From assembly GCA_035221665.1 (NCBI GenBank), contig CM069152.1, positions 13,950,001 to 14,014,000 on the forward strand: a stretch of 64,000 nt of DNA, written 5' to 3'. Position numbers and translations under genes: made by a program. A model generated the notes under the pieces. It was not told the origin of the DNA and did no database searches. It saw only the letters and a program-made list of their open reading frames with translations. Shown piece by piece: positions 59,801 through 64,000 of the stretch. The stretch comes from Okamejei kenojei. Its lineage: Eukaryota. How positions within the stretch are numbered: position 1 is the stretch's first letter; each line of letters begins with the position of its first letter.

Positions 59801-62800
59801 ACTTTTGAATTCCATTTGAGTTGGTCCTCAATGCTGGCACAGTTTAGTTCAATTACAAATTAAGACCCTCAATCTGCACTTTCTACCTCCAGAGAGATCG
59901 TGGAGCAACGAGGTGTGGCTGTCATTGATTGTTCCTGGGCTAAATTAGGGGACACTCCGTTCTCAAAGATGAAGGGCAGACATCCCCGGCTGTTGCCCCA
60001 CCTCGTTGCTGCTAATCCAGTCAATTATGGGCGACCCTGCAAGCTTTCCTGTGTTGAGGCATTTGCTGCCACGTTCGCCATTGTGGGTAAGTTGGAGGAA
60101 CAGCCTGGACCAAGTTTGAGATACATCCTTTCTGCAGATGCAATCTGCTCCGTCTAGACTGACCCAAGTTGTGTTTGCGTACAGATTGGATGCAGTGCTC
60201 AGGAGGCAGGTAGAAAGAAGTACAGATGATGGAGGAATGTGGGTAGAGTATTGGAGCAGGGCATAATGGGTGGGAATGAAGGCACCTAGGTGTGGAGGAG
60301 ATGGCTGGTGGTGTTTTCTAAAGTAAATGGAAAGTTGTGGGACTCAGTAACTGGAGGTTGAACAAGAGGTCCTGGTATGGGAGTGGGCGAATATAAGAGT
60401 TGGTACGTTACGGGAATATAAAGATGGGTCTAGGACACTGAAATTTGGGGGAAGATTGATCTGTCTTTGTCACAATGTTTGATTCTTGCAGGTTTTCCAG
60501 AACTGGCTGAGATTCTACTAGAGAAATTCAAATGGGGGAAAACGTTCTTGGACCTGAACCAAGTAGCACTGGAGAAGTATAGTGCATGCCAGAATGAGGC
60601 AGAGGTCCATCAAGCTGAGGAGGAGTGGCTTTTTGCAAAGCCAGAGCCAGAAGAACTAGAAGGTGAAAATTAATGCTTTCTCTGCTTTATGTAGGTGCAG
60701 CCTCTGTGGTCCTGAGTATTGTCAGAACATACAAGCTTGGTCATGTTTCAGCAGTTGCATCTAGATGGTGACCATCAACTATGCTCCCTCCCTCTGGGAA
60801 CCAGTGAAACCTAGTGAGAGTTTGCCCCTTCAAGAGAAAGTTGAGTGAATGTAAAGTAACTGGAAAATATGTTCCATTATTAAAACAGTTTCTCTTTTGC
60901 AGATCCATTTGATGTCGATTCAGGAAAAGAGTTCTGTAATCTTAATAAGCTGCACCTTGGAAGGTAAGGGCAAAGCATGCACACACATTCAAAGTTGTCA
61001 TCATTTGACTGGTTTGATGTTGGGAAAGCTAAACCATGTTCACGTCTACCTACGGAAACTCGTAGCCCTTCAATACCATCAACGTGTTTTGATAGTACCC
61101 TGGGTTGTAATACCTTAGTATCCTGTTGCACCTAAATGCCTTTACAAAGTCAATTAGAGGAGTTTTAATGTAAGACAATGCATTCTGGTGTTTAATTACT
61201 GATGGGAGAGAAGCAATTCTAGCTCTATGGTTGAAGAGAGGTGGATGGTACCAAGGAGAAAATTCCATTGTGTGTGGCAGAGTGACTAATTACATCAGCA
61301 CTGGGTCTCATGTATTAATTGTCATGCACAGGTAGCAGCATTGCAGCCACGTAGACTTGGACAACACACAGAAATAGAGATTGTGTATAAATTATCCAAG
61401 ACAGCGAGAAGTAAAAGATTGCACAAAAAACAAGAGATTATTGCAAAAGCAAAATTAGGAAACAACCCCTTGGTAGTCCATAGTGCTCTATTACTGAGGT
61501 AGAATTCGAGTTTTGCAGGTCGGTTCAAGTTCCTGGTCACTGAGGAGATGTTACCGAATACTTACTGATCGAGGTCTGCCATGAGGAAGTCAAGGATCCA
61601 GTTGCAAAGGGAGGTATGGAGGCCAAGTCCTGGAGCTTGGTGATGAGCTTGGAGGGGATGAACATATTGAACATTGAGCTGTAATCGATCATTGTGTATG
61701 TGTCCCTATTATCCAGATGGCCAAAAGCAGAGTGGAGTGCCAGTAAAATAGCATCTGCTGTAGATCTAGGCAAATTGAAGTGGATCCAAGTCATTTGTGA
61801 GGCAGAAGTTGATTTGCGGCATAATCCAAACTCTAAGCTCTTCATTATGATACATGTACATGCCACGGGTCAGTGGCCATTAAGGAAGTTAACTTGCATT
61901 TATTGGGTACCAGTGTGAGAGGCCCTTTTAAACGAGGTGGGAACCTTAGACACCAGAAGCAAGAGGTTGAAGATGGTCCTCAAATACTCCAGTCAGTTGG
62001 TCCACACAGGACTCGGGACGATATGTCGCCTGAGCCAGACATTTTGTGTGGATTCACCCCCAATGAATGATGTTCTGAAATTGGCCTCAGAGACTGAGAT
62101 CGCACGGTTGTAGGGGGCTTGTGTAGGTGCTTTATCATTCTCCATTTCAATGCATAAAAACTATTTGACTCAATTAGAAGTGATGCCATTTATGCTACTT
62201 GGTTTTACCTTGTAGAATAATAACTTTCAAGCCCTGCCTCAACCGTTGAGTGTTCATGTGTGATTCAAGCTTGGTCGAGTATTGTCTCTTTATGCTCACA
62301 ACCTCCTTAAGAGGTCATTACCGGACGACTTATATGACTCTGGATCCCCAGTTCAAAATGGCACAGAACTAGCCTTCAGCAGATTATAAATCTCCTGGTT
62401 CATCCGGGGCTTCTGCTTGGGGAAGAATTTTATCAAATTCTATCCAAATACTTCTGTCCTACCTGCACTGTTATTGATGGCAACCCTTCTATCCTTGGAC
62501 TCTACTTGTTTCTCTGTTATGAATCTCGAGATGGCCATGTGGATGCAGATAGTACTTGACCTTGTGTCTAGTCAAAAGAACTTGTTTCCAGAAATGGGAG
62601 TGACTTCCCAAGGCAATACTGAGAGCTATGTGAAGGCCCCTGTTAATTTTTAATCCCATAGGAATTGTTGAGTTTAGTATATTGTCACCTGTACTGAGGT
62701 ACACCTGTTAGCCAGTCAGTGGAAAGATAATACATGATTACAATCGAGCCATCCACAGTGTACAGATACAATTGAGAAAAATTTGCTGCATTCCCTTACG

Positions 62801-63007
62801 TCTTTCCCTTAATGTCATTTAAGAGCTGTAGAGTTTGAAGAAGGAAGTGATGAAGATTCTGAAGAAGAAGAAGAAGAAGACAAAGATAGTAAACCAGATG
62901 AAGGAAATGAAGCAGGGGTTTGCAGTGAACATGAAGAGCAAACTGGCTGCAGTGAGGTGGAGCAACTTGCTGGAAAGACGATGGGTATCGCAGAAAGCTC
63001 AGGGTGA
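56678..63007 (+). CDS. TSR3: 18S rRNA aminocarboxypropyltransferase Tsr3, 315 aa; join(56678..56801,58584..58797,59893..60086,60492..60662,60903..60963,62824..63007)
   Basis: Spliced translation: MGRKKQ...[21 protein letters not shown]...[11 protein letters not shown]...[28 protein letters not shown]...[11 protein letters not shown]...[11 protein letters not shown] plus an acidic tail; GT-AG introns with consistent phases. Confidence 0.95.
56823..57122 (-). mobile_element. tRNA-derived SINE (HE1/V-SINE-like)
   Basis: Reverse complement of the 48190 family; GGTTCGATCC B-box; (CTAAA)n tail. Confidence 0.8.
57481..58530 (-). mobile_element. Penelope-like retroelement, 5'-truncated, near-identical to the copy at 20411
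   Basis: Same GIY-YIG coding region with a frameshift near 58022 and the same tail; candidate TSD TTTGTGTGT at 57472-57480 and 58531-58539. Confidence 0.93.
57540..57573 (-). ncRNA. Minimal hammerhead-ribozyme-like motif in the Penelope tail
   Basis: Minus strand AGT-CTGAAGA-A-GGGTC-TC-GACCC-GAAA-C-GTC-GCC: CUGANGA and GAAA boxes, stem II, palindromic ACGT stem III, GUC triplet. Stem I is very short. Penelope-like elements are known to carry minimal hammerheads. Confidence 0.65.
58584..58797 (+). CDS. TSR3: TSR3 coding exon 2
   Basis: tttcag|CT GTT GGA...GAC AG|gtaaat; [55 protein letters not shown]. Confidence 0.95.
58849..59281 (+). mobile_element. CR1-type LINE 3' end, same family as 24324-25655
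   Basis: [26 protein letters not shown]...[10 protein letters not shown]; ends in TTTCTATGTTTCTATGTTTCTAT. Confidence 0.93.
59893..60086 (+). CDS. TSR3: TSR3 coding exon 3
   Basis: ctccag|A GAG ATC...GTG G|gtaagt; [18 protein letters not shown]...AFAATFAIV. Confidence 0.95.
60492..60662 (+). CDS. TSR3: TSR3 coding exon 4
   Basis: ttgcag|GT TTT CCA...GAA G|gtgaaa; [32 protein letters not shown]... Confidence 0.94.
60903..60963 (+). CDS. TSR3: TSR3 coding exon 5
   Basis: ttgcag|AT CCA TTT GAT...GGA AG|gtaagg; [20 protein letters not shown]. Confidence 0.92.
61310..62420 (-). mobile_element. Degenerate Rex1/Babar LINE fragment in the last TSR3 intron
   Basis: [46 protein letters not shown]. 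Confidence 0.75.
62824..63007 (+). CDS. TSR3: TSR3 last coding exon (acidic tail, stop)
   Basis: tttaag|A GCT GTA GAG TTT GAA...GGG TGA; [21 protein letters not shown]...ESSG*; the neighbouring AGs give early stops. Confidence 0.8.
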
Positions 63008-63624
63008 ATGTAATGGTGAAGAACTCTGCGAGAGTTGTCTGGAGGCTTCCTCCCTGTTTAGACAACTTTTAAAAAAGAACATTTCCAAATCTGTTCCAAA
63101 TAGTTATTTATAAATAATAGTTGGGTTCTATATAGAGCACTGCTTTTTTGGTCAAATAAGGCTTGCGGTTTTGCAGTATCTTACACAATGCAACAAATAA
63201 TAAGCCCATTTAGCCCCTAAAACCTAATCTACTGATCACCGAGTTTACAGTGATCTGTTTTTCTTTTAAAGCTCATTTTCTTTTTGCATTTATGGGTTCC
63301 AAATTTCTATCATGGGTGCAGGTGTATTTGCGAGTACAGTCTTGAATAACCTTGGCCCAATTTGTAGCCATGTTTTAAAGCTCAAATCACCCTTTAACCT
63401 TCTGAATTCCAGAGAATACGTCCCTAGTTTCTGCAATTTCTCTCTGATCTAAAACTTAGTCCAGGTATATTAACCCTACACTTGCTCCACAACAGAATTT
63501 TATGCAAACACATGGTACACTGGATTTCACTCACTACTCCAAATATGATTTATCCAGGGCTTAGTAAAGCTGTAGGATAATGTTATCTCCCTGTATCCCA
63601 AGTATAAAGACCTGCATTTCATGG

Positions 63625-63750
63625 TTGACAAAAATGCTGGAGGAACTCAGCGGGTGAGGTAGTGTCTATGGAGCGAAGGAAATAGGCAACGTTTAGGGTC
63701 AAAACCCTTCTTCAGACTGATCAGTATCCAGCAACTGCAGTTCATTCTTA
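63625..63750 (-). mobile_element. Short Penelope-tail element with inverted end
   Basis: 15-bp TSD ACCTGCATTTCATGG at 63610-63624 and 63751-63765. Confidence 0.8.
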
Positions 63751-64000
63751 ACCTGCATTTCATGGGTTGTTTTCATTAACTTCTGTCACTGTTATTTTAA
63801 CACAGGATATTATGAAACAGTTTTCATGCACCCATAACAATCTATAGACCTCTAGCGTTTCTAGCCATTTAGAAAATACTGCTTTATTTTTGGGGGATCC
63901 AAATCAGCGGCCTTCTATACTGTGATGTATTTGTTACAGTTGCTCATTCACTTCATTGATACTTCATTATAATTTAATTCTGCCTTCAACACTACTTTCA

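Noticed and set aside
62835-63113. Lys-rich 92-aa ORF
   Set aside because: Alternative frame of the GAA-rich last TSR3 exon; the acidic frame matches the splice phase.

Overview
Vertebrate genomic DNA, most likely a cartilaginous fish (skate or ray), inferred from the repeat landscape: CR1/HER1-type LINEs, HE1/V-SINE-like SINEs, Penelope elements and Rex-Babar fragments. The window holds three intron-containing genes in the order known from human 16p13.3. (1) The 3' portion of UNKL (+ strand, 11 coding exons, 397-30319: CCCH zinc fingers, Ser-rich region, coiled coil, RING), followed by a long AT-rich putative 3'UTR. (2) Complete GNPTG (- strand, 11 exons, 54641-42100, 294 aa). (3) Complete TSR3 coding region (+ strand, 6 coding exons, 56678-63007, 315 aa), head-to-head with GNPTG across a CpG island. 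All exon boundaries were read by hand as AG/GT with consistent phases. Most notable observations: a minisatellite in GNPTG intron 1 made of tandem copies of the exon-1 end and its GTGAGT splice donor; a family of short TSD-flanked fold-back elements built from Penelope tails that carry hammerhead-ribozyme-like cores; a candidate internal promoter and in-frame first exon for a zinc-finger-less UNKL isoform; and a candidate poison exon in UNKL. One 129-nt assembly gap (21874-22002). No database searches were run.
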